From Octopus vulgaris (lineage: Eukaryota): a stretch of 64,000 nucleotides of DNA. The notes below the pieces were generated by a model. The model saw nothing but the letters and a program-made list of their open reading frames with translations. It had not been told where the DNA came from and did not search any database. The DNA is taken from positions 85,436,001-85,500,000 of the forward strand of contig OX597817.1 of the NCBI GenBank assembly GCA_951406725.2. Direction: 5' to 3'. Shown piece after piece: positions 39,723 to 52,265 of the stretch; position 1 is the first letter of the stretch; the number at the start of each line of letters is the position of its first letter. Both the position numbers and the translations under genes were made by a program.

Positions 39723-41799
39723 GCTTACAAAGTGAAAGATGTTGGTAGGAGTAGCCTGAAGTACTGAAGAGCCACAGGTTCAATGGATCAGATGTTCAAT
39801 AAATATTCCATAAAATGACAGGCTAGCTTCTGACTGATTTCTCTTATATACAGTATGCCACAGGGGTCATATTTTTGAGATGCATATGAAGCAGCCTATA
39901 TCATGAAAAAATGAACAAGGGTCATGTAGGGCTATGATATCCTGGACAAAAGGACGTGTTGCAGTGGTAGTGGGAGCAGGCTGAGAAATTACAATGCATA
40001 TGGTGAGGGATGAACAAACTGAGAGTAGATGCCATGCCATTATAGAGAAAAGAGAAGAGATAGCTTATCCGTTAGTTAAAACTTGTAGTATTTGGTTGGA
40101 GCCAGTTGTTCAGTTGAAGCCTTGGATGTTTGTGTGTGTAGCAATAACGCCATGCCAGATATATGAGAAGTACTCCAAAATGTGTCTTAATTGAATTTTG
40201 TAGAAGTTAAAGTATTAAATGTCTGCAATTAGAAACAAAAGGAGCAGCAAATGTGGAGTCTTTCACAGCAGATGTTCAGTTACTAAAGTCACTGTTTGAA
40301 GGGAAGTGCACAGGAAGATTGTCTTGTTAGTTCATGCTGTATGATGTTTTCTTGATGCATAGCTTTGCATTAATGCCTCCAATCTAATTAGGCTTAATGA
40401 TTTGACAACAGAAATGATAATATTCTACCAGAAGTCTTTCCCAACCACTTTAAAGATTCATGGCTGTTGTAACTCTGGTAAAATCTAAGTATATTATTCA
40501 TTCTAAAAACATATATTCAAATCCATTTCAATAGTAGATACATTGAGGAAAACAAGATTTTGTCAAGTTTTATAGTATCTAGTTTGGTGTCATGAGTTTT
40601 GAAATGTAAATATAGCCAGAATCAATTTATTTTTTATCCCTCAAGAACTTGCAAAAACAAATTATTGGTAATATTCTATGATGAATTCAATTACCAGTGT
40701 CAACTAATATAATTGGTTGTGCCTCACCAACTACCTCTGTTTGTTTATCTCCCAAATAGAGATAATTCAGAGCTTGCTGAATTTTACACCTTGTGACATA
40801 TGTTAGGTAAGATGTAATTTAGTTATCTATCAACTTATTTAGTTGATAATTCAATAGTATTAGCATTATTGATAATGTATGTCATCACAAATATATGAAT
40901 ATGAGTTTTGTTTTATATAATTTCAGTTTAATTTAATAAATATTTTTATTTTTAAAAAATTAGTTTCATTTCCTTATTTTGAAAAGCCCTATAAAATTTG
41001 AATCATGCAAAATTATAACTATCATACAAATACAATATTACTTGATACTACTCACCTAAGCAAAAACACGTCTCTGAGTATTATCTGTCATATGATGGAT
41101 GAGTAACACTCTAGTCTCAATAAATTTGTAGATGCTGTTATCTATAACCCAGGTAAATTCTAACTAATCATAGACCCTCATTTCCAGCACATGTGTTTAA
41201 TCTTCCTTTAGGTTTTTAACAGCTCTGTACTGGTAGTTTGTCCATTCTTTCTTTTTTGGCCTCACTAGATTAAATATTTGCTAATTATATATTTAGAATG
41301 CTGCCATTTATCTTATATTCAATAAACTGAGGCCTGATATCACTATTGAAATTTGATTGGTTCAATATTGATCAAAAGATAATATTTAAAACTCTTAACT
41401 CTAGTGGTAACCTATAAATCTCTTTGTAACATCACTTCCTACAAAAGTTGCATCATCCCTACTAATTTATTTCCTACAGATGTGGTAACAGAGACATTTT
41501 TCATGGTTAAAGTGATTGGAATGTCACTGGCCTTTCAATGGTTCTGTTTATATCTTACTGGAACTTATTTTATTAACACTGCAACAGGAATGAAAGGCAA
41601 AATCAAGCTTGGCTACATTTTACTCAGAGCATTGAAGTAATCTGCTAGATTCAATAAAATATTCTATTGCCTTCGCCTTCTCAAAGAAAGATATACATAC
41701 AAAAGATATACATACAAAAATACATGTACATACATATATACATACATACATACATACATACATACATACATACATGATAATGATGATACATACATACAA

Positions 41800-41830
<31 letters not shown>

Positions 41831-42860
41831 CTGCTGCTGCTAATCATGTGTAATGTCTTCCACAGAAATATGACAATCTATATTTTCAGTTGCATCTTGG
41901 AACTCCAAGGGCTACACTGTCTCTTTTGTTTATTAGATATTTCATTGCAATCTTCTGTTCTTGGATTGCAAATGCATAGCCTTTATAGTGTGATGTGATG
42001 TAGTGGTCACAAGACCAAGAGAGGCTGTGCTTCATGTTTGATATTACTATCTTCTTCAAGTCTTCAAGAAACATACCCAAACACAGTCTTTTTCTTTTTT
42101 TCTTTTTTTTTTTTGGCGTGCTGAGCAATACTAATGACTAGTTGTTAGAACTCAGTATACTTAAGCTTTAGATGTTTACATAACTACTGTTCTTGTGTCA
42201 TTAACTGATATTATTATGCTGTCTCCCTTGCTCTCTCTCTCTACATAAATAAGTGGATATGTGTGTCTATGTATGTGTGTGCATGCATGTGAGTGTGTGT
42301 GTGCATGTGTATGCGTGTGTGTATGTATGTGCGTGTGCACGCGCGCGCGTGTGTGTGTGTGTGTATGTGTGTTTAACAGATGTCTTTCAAAGGCCTGCAA
42401 TCTGCATGCTTATACAGCTGATCAATCAATATATTGTTAAATTATGATTGCCACATCTCTGTAGATGCAGTAGAATTTTCAGTGACCAGGTGAATGTAGT
42501 GATGTGAAATTTTTAACACTTCAAAGTTAAAAGACACTCTCAAGAAAGAATAATTGAAAGTGAATACAACAGTTTTTTACATGCTTATGCAAGTTTTTTT
42601 AATTAATTTTCTGTGTTATAATTACTTCATTTTCAGTACTCCATTTCAGATTAATTCATTTGCCAAACAGTTATATGTATGCATGTGTATATGTGTGTGT
42701 ATGTGTGTGTATGTATGTATATATACAAGTGAGTAGACAAATGAAAGAAGGGCACTCAACACATTTATTGGGAGTTACATGCATAGATCAAAACAGTTTG
42801 ATTCAGAATCCTTGGTACTCTGAGTTTTAAATGCATGGCTAGTCTTCAGCCATTGAACTC

Positions 42861-42915
<55 letters not shown>

Positions 42916-43365
42916 GTTATCTTTTACTTGTTTCAGTCATTTTGACTGCAGCCATACAGGAGCACTGCCTTGAAGGGTTTTTTAGTCAAACAAATCAAAT
43001 CCAGGACTTGTGGGTGGTGGTGCTAAATTCTGCTTTAAGCATGCCATGTAACCCCTTATAAATAAGAGCAAGAGAGACAGCATAATAATATCAATTAATG
43101 AATGACACAAGAATAGGAGTTATGCAAATTGTGTTATGAATACACAACATCTAAGAGAATGCAAAGAAAATACAACAGTGATTAACATATTCATTCATGT
43201 TCAGATCTACCAGTACATGTTAAGAATGAATATGTACATCATTCTATTCTAAACACTAACATCATTTAAGTATGTGAACCAATCTCATCAAACCCAGCAT
43301 CACTTAAATAACACTGCTTTATTATTTTTATTTTAAGAAGCCGTTTTCATATTTTTATATTCTTA

Positions 43366-43680
43366 GGTGCACATGTAACTGTGTGGTTAAGAAGTTTGGT
43401 TCCCAACCACATGGTTTTGGGTTCAGTCCCACTGCATAGCACCTTGGGCAAGTGGTTTTACTATAGCCTTGGGTTAGCCAAATCCTTGAGAGTGGATTTA
43501 GCAGAGGGAAACTGAAAGAAGCCCAATGTACATGTTTATGTATATGAGTGTATGTATGTGTGTGTATCTGTGCATGCATGTGTGTGTGTATGTGTGTGTG
43601 TGAGTGAATGTGTCTGTGTGCGTGTTTGTGTTTCCTTGTCTTGACATCATAGTTGCAAACAAGAACCCTGGCACACAAAA
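43366..43680 (+). mobile_element. SINE family A-related (variant 3' part)
   Basis: GGTTCAGTCCCACTGC..CACCTTGGGCAAGT head. Confidence 0.7.
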
Positions 43681-43918
43681 TGTTCTTCATTTTCAATCAG
43701 CTGTGAAAACATGTCCAGTCATGAAGAAACATTATCTTATTAGGAAATATGTGGGGGTTGGTGATAGGAGGGGTGTCTGATTGCGGAAAATGTGCCTCAA
43801 CAAATTCCATCTGACTTATGTGAACATGGAAAGGTGATCGTGAAACTGATAATGGGGATGATGATGATGATGATGATGATGGTGATGGTGACAGAATTAT
43901 TTTATTTTGTTTTTACAG

Positions 43919-44025
43919 CAGAAGGAGACACCTTTGTTTTACTCCTCATACCATGGTCACTTAGGAATATGTAAACTTCTTGTTGTAAATGGTGCTGAGA
44001 TCAACAGGCGTGACAAAGACAAAGC
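43919..44025 (+). CDS. next coding exon of the ankyrin-repeat protein (phase 0/2)
   Basis: acceptor tttattttgtttttacag, donor gtgagt; 107 nt = QKETPLFYSSYHGHLGICKLLVVNGAEINRRDKDK(A), one ankyrin repeat; phase-compatible with 1437-1565. Confidence 0.9.
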
Positions 44026-45374
44026 GTGAGTTCCTTTCATTTCCAATTACTTCATATTCTGGTTATTATTACTTATTATTAATTATTATTAATTATTATT
44101 ACTACTTATTAATAGTTGATAAACTAGGTGTATCATTTTCTTATTCAACTTTTCTTTTCTGGTTCATGCAATACATTTAAATAAACTGAGCCACTAAACA
44201 GATACCAGCATTCAACCTTTCTGATGTTTCTTTAAACCTCAGGCTATTTGAAGACCAACATTTGTTTTGTGATATTTAGATGTAGAAAACCCAAAGCATC
44301 ATATGATTTTATTAACAAGATAACTTCCACTCCCACGTTGGTCTGAAAATAAAAATCATCTCCTTTATAGGGAGTGTATTTTGTAATAGTTAAACAAATG
44401 CCATCTGCTGATGGAAATGTTTAAGTCATCACTGGTACTGAATAATAAAAGTTTATACATGTTTTCTGCTTATCTAACTGCACATAATCTGAATCTGTCA
44501 GTCATTTCTGTATTACTGTTATTGTAAACATCATATTCAAATTACTGTTTCCATATTTGTTGTACACATATTTTATGCAAGCTGTGTGTGCATGTTATGT
44601 GAAACTGAGATAAGAAAATAGTTAAGCTTCAAAGCGATTGATTGATATTTAATGAGATGACTATTCCTGTATGATCTAGTGCGATTAAAAGTTGATGCCT
44701 GCAGTAAGGAAGGTGGAGACTATGCAGATATTTGGGTCTGATCATAAAACATTGAACCTTACAAGTAAGATTATATGAGTTATGATAGATGTAGTGTTGC
44801 TGTGTTGCAAATTCATGCCAGTATAGAAGCTTGTACCTCTTCCTTTCAATGTCATTTTTTATATTCTTTGTTTCTCCTTTTCTTAATCACACAGTCATGG
44901 CTCTGATCACTATGCTACCATTGGTTTCACCTAGGTGTAATTCTGACCAATTATATGCCATAACTAGTAATATATTACTTGATGATATATAAAAATATAA
45001 CCACGTTATTGCTTATATTGAGTGTGCTTTTTATATTTAGACTCTTGACACCTGGCACAAAACCACATCTCTCTCTACTACAAACACACTCAGTTGAGTG
45101 TCTTTCCTTGGTCTTGCATTTTACTTAGTGACTTTACTAGTACCAGTGTCATAAAAAAAGCAACCATTACACTCTGTAAAGTTGGCATTAGGAAGGCATC
45201 CAGCTATAAAAAATTATACCAAAACTAACATTGGAGGTCAATGCAGTTCTCTAGTTCATTGGATCCCATCAAACCTTCCAACCAGCATGGACGGATCATT
45301 AAATGATGATAATATATAAATTGTCAGCATTGGCTCTATCTCATTCCGAGTATTCTTCTTTACTGAACATTTTC

Positions 45375-46475
45375 TTTATAGTGATGCCATCAATGACTCT
45401 GTAGACCAATTCTTGCATAGAAGAGTCAATGGCATTGACTGCATGGCAATGTTGATGGAGGACGAGGTTGATTTTGTTGAACCTTTTTCTCCTATCATTT
45501 GATCCCTTCCTTTTCTATTCAGGCAGCTTTGAAGTTTTTGGTTCTGATGGTGATGGAACATTGCCACTTTGTACAGTCTCAGAGTTGTGTTTCAAACAAT
45601 TTAGGCTCAATTCCAATGGCTTTGAGTGCTGCTTTGAATTGATCCTTGTATCTTTGAGGAGACCAACCCTGTGATCTGAAGTGAGCTCACTGAATAAAAC
45701 TTAACATGCGAACCTTGACTCTTCCATTCTTGCTACATGTCCTGACCATTGAAAATAGCGTTTCATGATCAACAATTCGATACTCTGACTGTTAGCTCTT
45801 TCTAGGACTTTATTGTTGGTCACACAGTGTTCCCATTTGATACTGAAGATTGAACAAAGCTCTTATTGGAGAAAGTGATCTAATTTTTGAATGTCACAAC
45901 GATATACAGTCCAGGTTTCACAGCCATATAGCAAGGTTGAAATAACAACAGCTTAATAAATCATAATTTTCATTCTTAAGATCTACATTATTGTTCTAAA
46001 ACCCCCATGTGCAGCTCCAATTCTGTGTTCCACATCCTTTTCTTAGGTGAACTTGTTTGCTAAAAGGTTGCCTAGATATAGAAAATGCTCTACTTTTTCG
46101 AGAGTTGTATCAGAGATGGTAACATCAAAATCTGGCACGATGGCATTTAGGGCTTATTGTGCAAAGATCTTGATTGTCTTGATGTTTACTGTAAGGCCAA
46201 AGTGGTGGTAGGCCATAGCAAAGTTGTTCACAGACCGTTGGAGTTCTTTTGAATGACAGAGGGCAGCAATGTTATATGCATATTGAAGTTCTGAGATGTG
46301 TTGCATGTGTGTTAAGATCGAAGTCTACTAAGATTGAAAAGTCCTCCATTGTATCAATATCTGAAAGGGATGTTATCTGGACCTGGAGACTTCTTTGATC
46401 TCATTTGCTTCATAGCTTGCTTGAATTCATGAAAAGTAAGTCTCCTGTTCATCCACAGTAGAGAAGAATGATTTG

Positions 46476-46478
<3 letters not shown>
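45375..46478 (-). mobile_element. decayed RTE/BovB-like LINE RT fragment
   Basis: minus-strand LQYAYN (decayed YADD), GLTVNIKT, YLGNLL, YKAVVISTLLYGCETWTVY motifs. Confidence 0.75.
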
Positions 46479-46522
<44 letters not shown>

Positions 46523-46524
<2 letters not shown>

Positions 46525-47670
46525 GAGTAAAAGACAGACTCAGAGTAAAAGGCAGACTCAGAGTAAAAGGCAGACTGTATGATGCATGTGTACGGACAGC
46601 CATGCTACATGGCAGTGAAACATGGGCCGTGACTGCTGAGGACATGTGTAAGCTCACGAGGAATGAAACCAGTATGCTCCGATGGATGTGTAATGTCAGT
46701 GTACATACTCGACAGAGTGTAAGTACCTTGAGAGAAATGTTGGACCTAAGAAGTATCAGCTGTGGTGTGCAAGAGAGACGATTGTGCAGGTATGGTCATG
46801 TGGCGAGAATGGATGAAGATAGGTGTGTGAAAAAGTGCCAATCCCTAGCAGTTGAGGGAACCCGTGGAAGAGGTAGACCCAGGAAAACCTGGGACGAGGT
46901 GGTGAAGCACGACCTTCGAACTTTAGGCCTAACCAAGGCAATGACTAGCGACCGAGACCTTTGGAAATATGCTGTGCGTGAGAAGACCCGGCAGGACAAG
47001 TGAATCCATCCCAGCCAGCCCACTTATGCATGCCTTTCCTCCCTTGGACACACAAAGACCTGTTGAGGCAAGCGAAGTCGAAATCGAACCTCATCCGACA
47101 ACAGGCACCCATGCCAACCTCCCTTCATTGGACACTAAACTCTGCTTGTGAAGACCTGTTGGGGCAAGTGAAATCGGAATCGAAATTGAACCAATCCTAT
47201 GACTGGCACTCGGCAGTGCCAGGGCCACTGGACTGACTCCTGTGCAGGTGGCAAGTAAAGAAACACCGTTTCAACCCTGTGCTTGAGGAGATCCATTGAG
47301 TCAAGTACACCAAAATCAAAAATCAATGGAAACTGCATTTGTGACCCCTGTGCCGGTGGCACATAAAAAGCACCATCCGAACGTGGCCGATGCCAGCGCC
47401 GCCTTGACTGGCTTCCGTGCCGGTGGCACATAAAAAGCACCAATCCAATTGTGGCCGTTGCCAGCCTCACCTGGCACCTGTGCCAGTGGCACGTAAAAAG
47501 CACACACTACACTCAAGGAGTGCTTGGCGTTAGGAAGGGCATCCAGCTGTAAAAACCCTGCCAGATCAGACTGGGGCCTGGTGCAGCCTTTTGGCTTCCC
47601 AGATCCTCAGTCGAACCATCCAACCCATGCTAGCATGGAGAACGGACGTTAAACGATGATATGATAATGA
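46523..47670 (+). mobile_element. 5'-truncated RTE-clade LINE with 3' UTR and (GAT)n-like tail
   Basis: KGRLYDACVRTAMLHGSETW..MLRWMC..RRL.RYGHVARM..VEGTRGRGRPRKTW to stop 47003; UTR with internal GTGGCACATAAAAAGCAC repeats; tail CCCATGCTAGCATGG..GTTAAACGATGAT. Confidence 0.9.
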
Positions 47671-47677
47671 TATATAT

Positions 47678-48577
47678 TGCTATGAATGGTTCAATCTAAG
47701 GACAGTTGGCTGCGACCTACTTTGCTGGCTTGGAGACTCAAAGTCTAGAATACAAAGTTATAGTCCTTTGTTCACGGAAGAGTGATGGCTTTTAGGGGAC
47801 CTTTGGCCCTGTCAGGTGAATTAGAGTTCCAGCAGAGAGATTGGGGTGGTGACAAGGCAAACAGTGAGGATTTGGTATTCAAGGCAAGCAGTTTAGCAGT
47901 TGGATTTAGCAGTGCTAAAAGAGATGAGGTACAATATGAGACATTGGCTATTATAGCAGGAACTGAACGGTATGTGTTATTGTTGTATTGATATGTGAAG
48001 AGAAAGAAGGAAAGAGTTGTGGTATTTATGTAAAAAGAATTGTATTGATACGTGTTACAAAAAAAAAGAGAAAGAAGAAATGAGACAGTAAAAAAGAACA
48101 ATGTGAACCGTGTTGATATGTGTTACAGAACTGTTAAGGCAAAAGAGAACTGTGTAAGGAACATTGAACTGTATGTGCCTTTAATGTCCTTTGAACTGTA
48201 ACGTTAATGTGATTTGAAACAGAACTGTTGTCTCCGGACTGTATAATGTATTGACTTGTTGTTTAATTCGACGTGTACTCTTTAAATGCTGTTGTTATTT
48301 CATTTGATGTGTTGTTACTTGCTTGTATTTACCTGATGTATCTTTAAATGTATTTGATGTTGTAATAGTCATATAAACTAGTTGTTAAACGTAGCCAATT
48401 GCCTTCTTTGTGTCTCTCTCAATTGCCTCTGTGTCCCTTCTTGCGGCTGTTGTTGTAGTTGCTGTTGTCTCTCTCTCCTCTCCGAGTTTCCGTGGCGAAC
48501 ATTCGCTGATCGAACGGGCCTGTGTGAGGGATTCCGTAACAGCTTTCGTTCTTCAGAGGTCCCCCCACCTCGTAACA
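47678..48577. mobile_element. probable solo LTR (900 bp)
   Basis: TG..CA ends with imperfect inverted termini TGCTATGA / TCGTAACA; ATAT on both sides; no convincing coding content. Confidence 0.6.
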
Positions 48578-48597
48578 ATATATATATACAATTATAA

Positions 48598-49181
48598 ATA
48601 AGGGCAAAAGAAAAAAATTTCTAAGCCGATATGCTGAAAAATAGACTTTAGATCATCTAACCACATATAATATTTTTCACTATAAATACACAGTGTGCTG
48701 GAGTGAGGAAAATTTAATTTTCACTATTCCCGGATCAGACTGATTAATATCCACAAACACAAGGATTCTTCCTTCTTCAGCGAGAAACACGATTAGAATA
48801 AATGGAACACTTACATATACCCATGGAAAAAGCAAATGCAAAGTCATGAGTACATTTAAGTACCCCAAATATATTCAAACAGAAATTCTGTAGCAAGCCT
48901 CAGCACACGTGAAGATGATCAGGAAAAACTCACATAAAGTGGTTACCAGTCCTGAAGTGAATGGTAATAAATTTACTTCTAATATAAGGATAAAATTTTT
49001 CCAAAAGAAATTTTATCAGTGACCAGCATATCAAAATACCTTTCAAGGTGAAAAAATAAACAATTATAAGGGCAAAAGAAAAAAATTTCTATGCCAATAT
49101 GCTGAAAGACAGACTTTAGATTGTCTAACCCCATATGATATTTTTTACTATTTTTGAAAAATTTTATCCTTATATTTAGAA

Positions 49182-49183
<2 letters not shown>
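48598..49183. repeat. (TA)n-flanked element with an 86-bp direct repeat and a ~32-bp inverted repeat
   Basis: 48598-48683 ~ 49066-49151; 48975-49006 is the reverse complement of 49152-49183. Confidence 0.7.
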
Positions 49184-49240
<57 letters not shown>

Positions 49241-49281
49241 GTGTGTGTGTATGTATTTATATATATATATATATATACTTA

Positions 49282-49353
<72 letters not shown>

Positions 49354-50821
49354 GGCATAGGAGTGGCTGTGTGGTAAGTAGCTTGCTTACCACTTACCTG
49401 CGGGAGGGTGCAAAGGCGACTTTGACCCCAGTGACCGCGGGTGGAATGACTTTCCCTGACTTTTTGAAAATGACTGGCTCAAGGTATCCAGTGATACTTG
49501 AGGGTTGCCCCCCCCACCAAGTGTCACTTGCACCTGGAGTCAGGCCACATTAAGAAGGACCGCCCCCGAGGCCATGGTAAGGTCCCGGAGTAGGGAAAGG
49601 TGAAGGTGCCCTCTGCTCTCCCATTGCAGGGAGAAACGGAGGAAGTCATTGAGGCATCGGCCTCAACAAGAAGGAAAAGAAAGGTGAGCAACAATGGTTG
49701 CTTACCAACAGACGCACAGGTTGTGGGAGAGGAGGAGGAGCCCTCTGGGTGTGCTGGTGGAGGCCCCGACTCCCACAACCGTAAGAAGGAAAAAGAGAAG
49801 GAAGAGAAACTGGAGACAGTCGGCGGATGTCGCTGTGCCACCAACCGAACCTGATGCTCCTCCGGTGGGAGGTGTGCCATCGGAGTGAGAGGCTCTGTCA
49901 GTGGGAATTATGCCACTGACAGAGCAGGCTGAGGCCCCTCCCCATGAGGAGGATGTGAAACCCATCGTTTTCTATCTCAGGGGAGGGCCTGTCGAGAAGT
50001 GCTTGGATGGTCTTCCAGGCCTGGAACGATTTGACTCGGTCTGTATAGACTTCCAGGTTGGCCTCTGCAGGTGGCTGCAGAGGTCATGAGTTAGAAGCAG
50101 CTGTTCGAGATCATGGTGACCTGAAATAAGGAAGATTTTGTTTTCCTCTTTCCGGGCCCCGACCTGCTGATGCAGGCTTTCCTGCAGGCGGTGGGTCATT
50201 TGCTTGGGGGCCCCAATGAGGAGGATTGATCTTATAGATTGTGTGTTGATTGTATATTTTATTGTATATTATTGTATCTTATTGTTTGTAATTGGCTATT
50301 AAGTCCAATATTTGTAAAACTGTGTTGGAAAAAAAGAACAATGTTTTAGAGAAGCAGAAAATCGGCGGGCGGTTTTTGCCTTCTCTCATCCTTGTTTCAT
50401 CATTCACCTCATCAATGTATATGTCCAGCCCGCAAGCCTTTATGGCAAATCTTAATGAAATAAAGTAGCTTGCTTACCAACCACATGGCTCTGGGTTCAG
50501 TCCCACTGAGTGGTGCCTTGGGCTGACCAAAGCCTTGTGAGTGGATTTGGTAGACAGAAACTGAAAGAAGCCCATCGTATATATGTATATATATATATGT
50601 ATATGTGTGTATATGTTTGTGTGTCTGTGTTTGTCCCCCCAACATCACTTGACAACTGATGCTGGTGTGTTTACATCCCCGTAACTTAGCAGTTCGGCAA
50701 AAGAGACTGATAGAATAAGTACTAGGCTTACAAAGAATAAGTCCTGGGGTCAATTTGCTCAACTAACGGCAGTGCTCCAGCATGGCCACAGTCACATGAC
50801 TGAAACAAGTAAAAGAGTAAA

Positions 50822-50822
<1 letters not shown>
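49354..50822 (+). mobile_element. SINE family A split by an insertion (49354-49392 + 50463-50822)
   Basis: the SINE head resumes exactly after the duplicated AAGTAGCTTGCTTACCA. Confidence 0.88.
49393..50462 (+). mobile_element. ORF1-only L1/Tx1-like (HAL1-like) retroposon, 5'-truncated
   Basis: 17-bp TSD (49376-49392, 50463-50479); decayed gag-like knuckle [25 protein letters not shown]; acidic/basic low-complexity C-terminus; AT-rich 3' UTR ending AATGAAATA; no EN/RT motifs seen. Confidence 0.7.
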
Positions 50823-50857
<35 letters not shown>

Positions 50858-50859
50858 CT

Positions 50860-51219
50860 TCATTTTTCACTTGTTTCAGTCATAAAAGTGTGGCCTTTTA
50901 GTTGAATGAATTGCCCCAGAACTTATTTTTTCTTTTAAATCTGTTACTTATTCTATTACTCTCTTTTGCCAAACCACTAAGTTATGGGGATGTGAACACA
51001 CCAACACCAGTTGGTAGGGGAAAAGCAGACAAAGACACACACACATTTGCGTACACATACTACACTCTTCTTTCACTTTATGTTTACCAAGTCTACTCAC
51101 AGGGCCTTGGTCAACTCAACGCTATAGTAAAAGACACTTGCCCAAGATACCATGCATTGGAACTGAATCCAGAACCATGTGGTTGGGAAGCAAGCTTACC
51201 ACATAGCCATGCCTGCACC
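50860..51219 (-). mobile_element. SINE family A (decayed)
   Basis: reverse-complement match (GACACTTGCCCAAG, GAACCATGTGGTTGG). Confidence 0.7.
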
Positions 51220-51344
51220 TATCTATCTATCTATCTATCTATCTATCTGTCTATTTATGTACGTACATATGTATGGATGTATGTAAAGTTATTGAGTTGT
51301 TCTAAATACTTGTAGTATTTTAAATGCTTTGTTGCATATCTTCC

Positions 51345-51497
51345 AGCTTTACAGTCTGAGTTCAAATTCTGCTAAGGTTGATTTTTGCCTTTCATCCTTT
51401 CAAGGTCATTAAAGTAACTACCAGTTGAACACTGAAATCAATGTAATCAGCTAGCCTTCTTTCCCAAAATTCCAGGTTTTGTGCCTACAGTAGAAAG
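51345..51497 (+). mobile_element. SINE family B (decayed)
   Basis: CTGAGTTCAAATTC..GCCTTTCATCCTTTC. Confidence 0.65.
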
Positions 51498-51538
<41 letters not shown>

Positions 51539-51571
51539 CCACCACCACCACCACCACCACCACCATCATCA

Positions 51572-51603
<32 letters not shown>

Positions 51604-52070
51604 GTGTGAGAGAGCAGTGCATGCCATCAAAGTGACACTGGGGTAAAATATACGAAGCCCAATATACCCATCATGACTACCCGTCTGATAAGGGTACACC
51701 AGGCACATGGTGCGCGACATGGTGATCTCATATCAAGATAAACAGCACATGACCTTGCAGGTGGGGCCCAGTTAGAATTTTCTTCAGGTTGAGTAGCCCA
51801 TCCCGCTCAAAAGGTCCCTGAATAAGGGTTGTTTAAGGATGTTGAAAGAACCACCCATGTTTCCAGAGGTGAATTATTCAAACCCCAAAGAATCCCTCTC
51901 AACACATGGCTATGATGCTCCCCCACTACTTCTGCTCGTGATCAGAGATGCACATATCGTCAGCCACTAAGGGACATGCTCAACTGGTTAAGGTCAAATA
52001 ACTGACAAGCAAATCTGTGGTATTGAGCAGAATATTTGCTGTAGCCCATCTTTTATACCAAGACAAAACA
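51604..52070 (-). mobile_element. non-coding retroposon embedded in (TAA)n
   Basis: (TTA)n on both sides; second partial copy at 27244-27393. Confidence 0.75.
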
Positions 52071-52127
<57 letters not shown>

Positions 52128-52224
52128 TCAGTATCCTTATCCTTCTACTAAAGTATATGTCTTCTTGTGTGATCTTATATCCAATGAAATAGTGGCATTC
52201 TTCCCAAATTAGCAACATACATAC

Positions 52225-52265
<41 letters not shown>

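Noticed and set aside
43190-43295. Minus-strand UUGAUGA..GAACAUG
   Set aside because: Too many core deviations to call a ribozyme
43793-44180. ORF-track entries overlapping the second ankyrin exon
   Set aside because: Wrong frames; the ankyrin frame is bounded by splice sites
48535-48560. Minus-strand CUGAAGA-AC-GAAA-GCU in the solo LTR resembling a hammerhead core
   Set aside because: No stem II, G at the cleavage position and no stem I pairing
48700-48785. Minus-strand CUGAAGA..GAAA..UC
   Set aside because: Stem I and stem II do not pair convincingly
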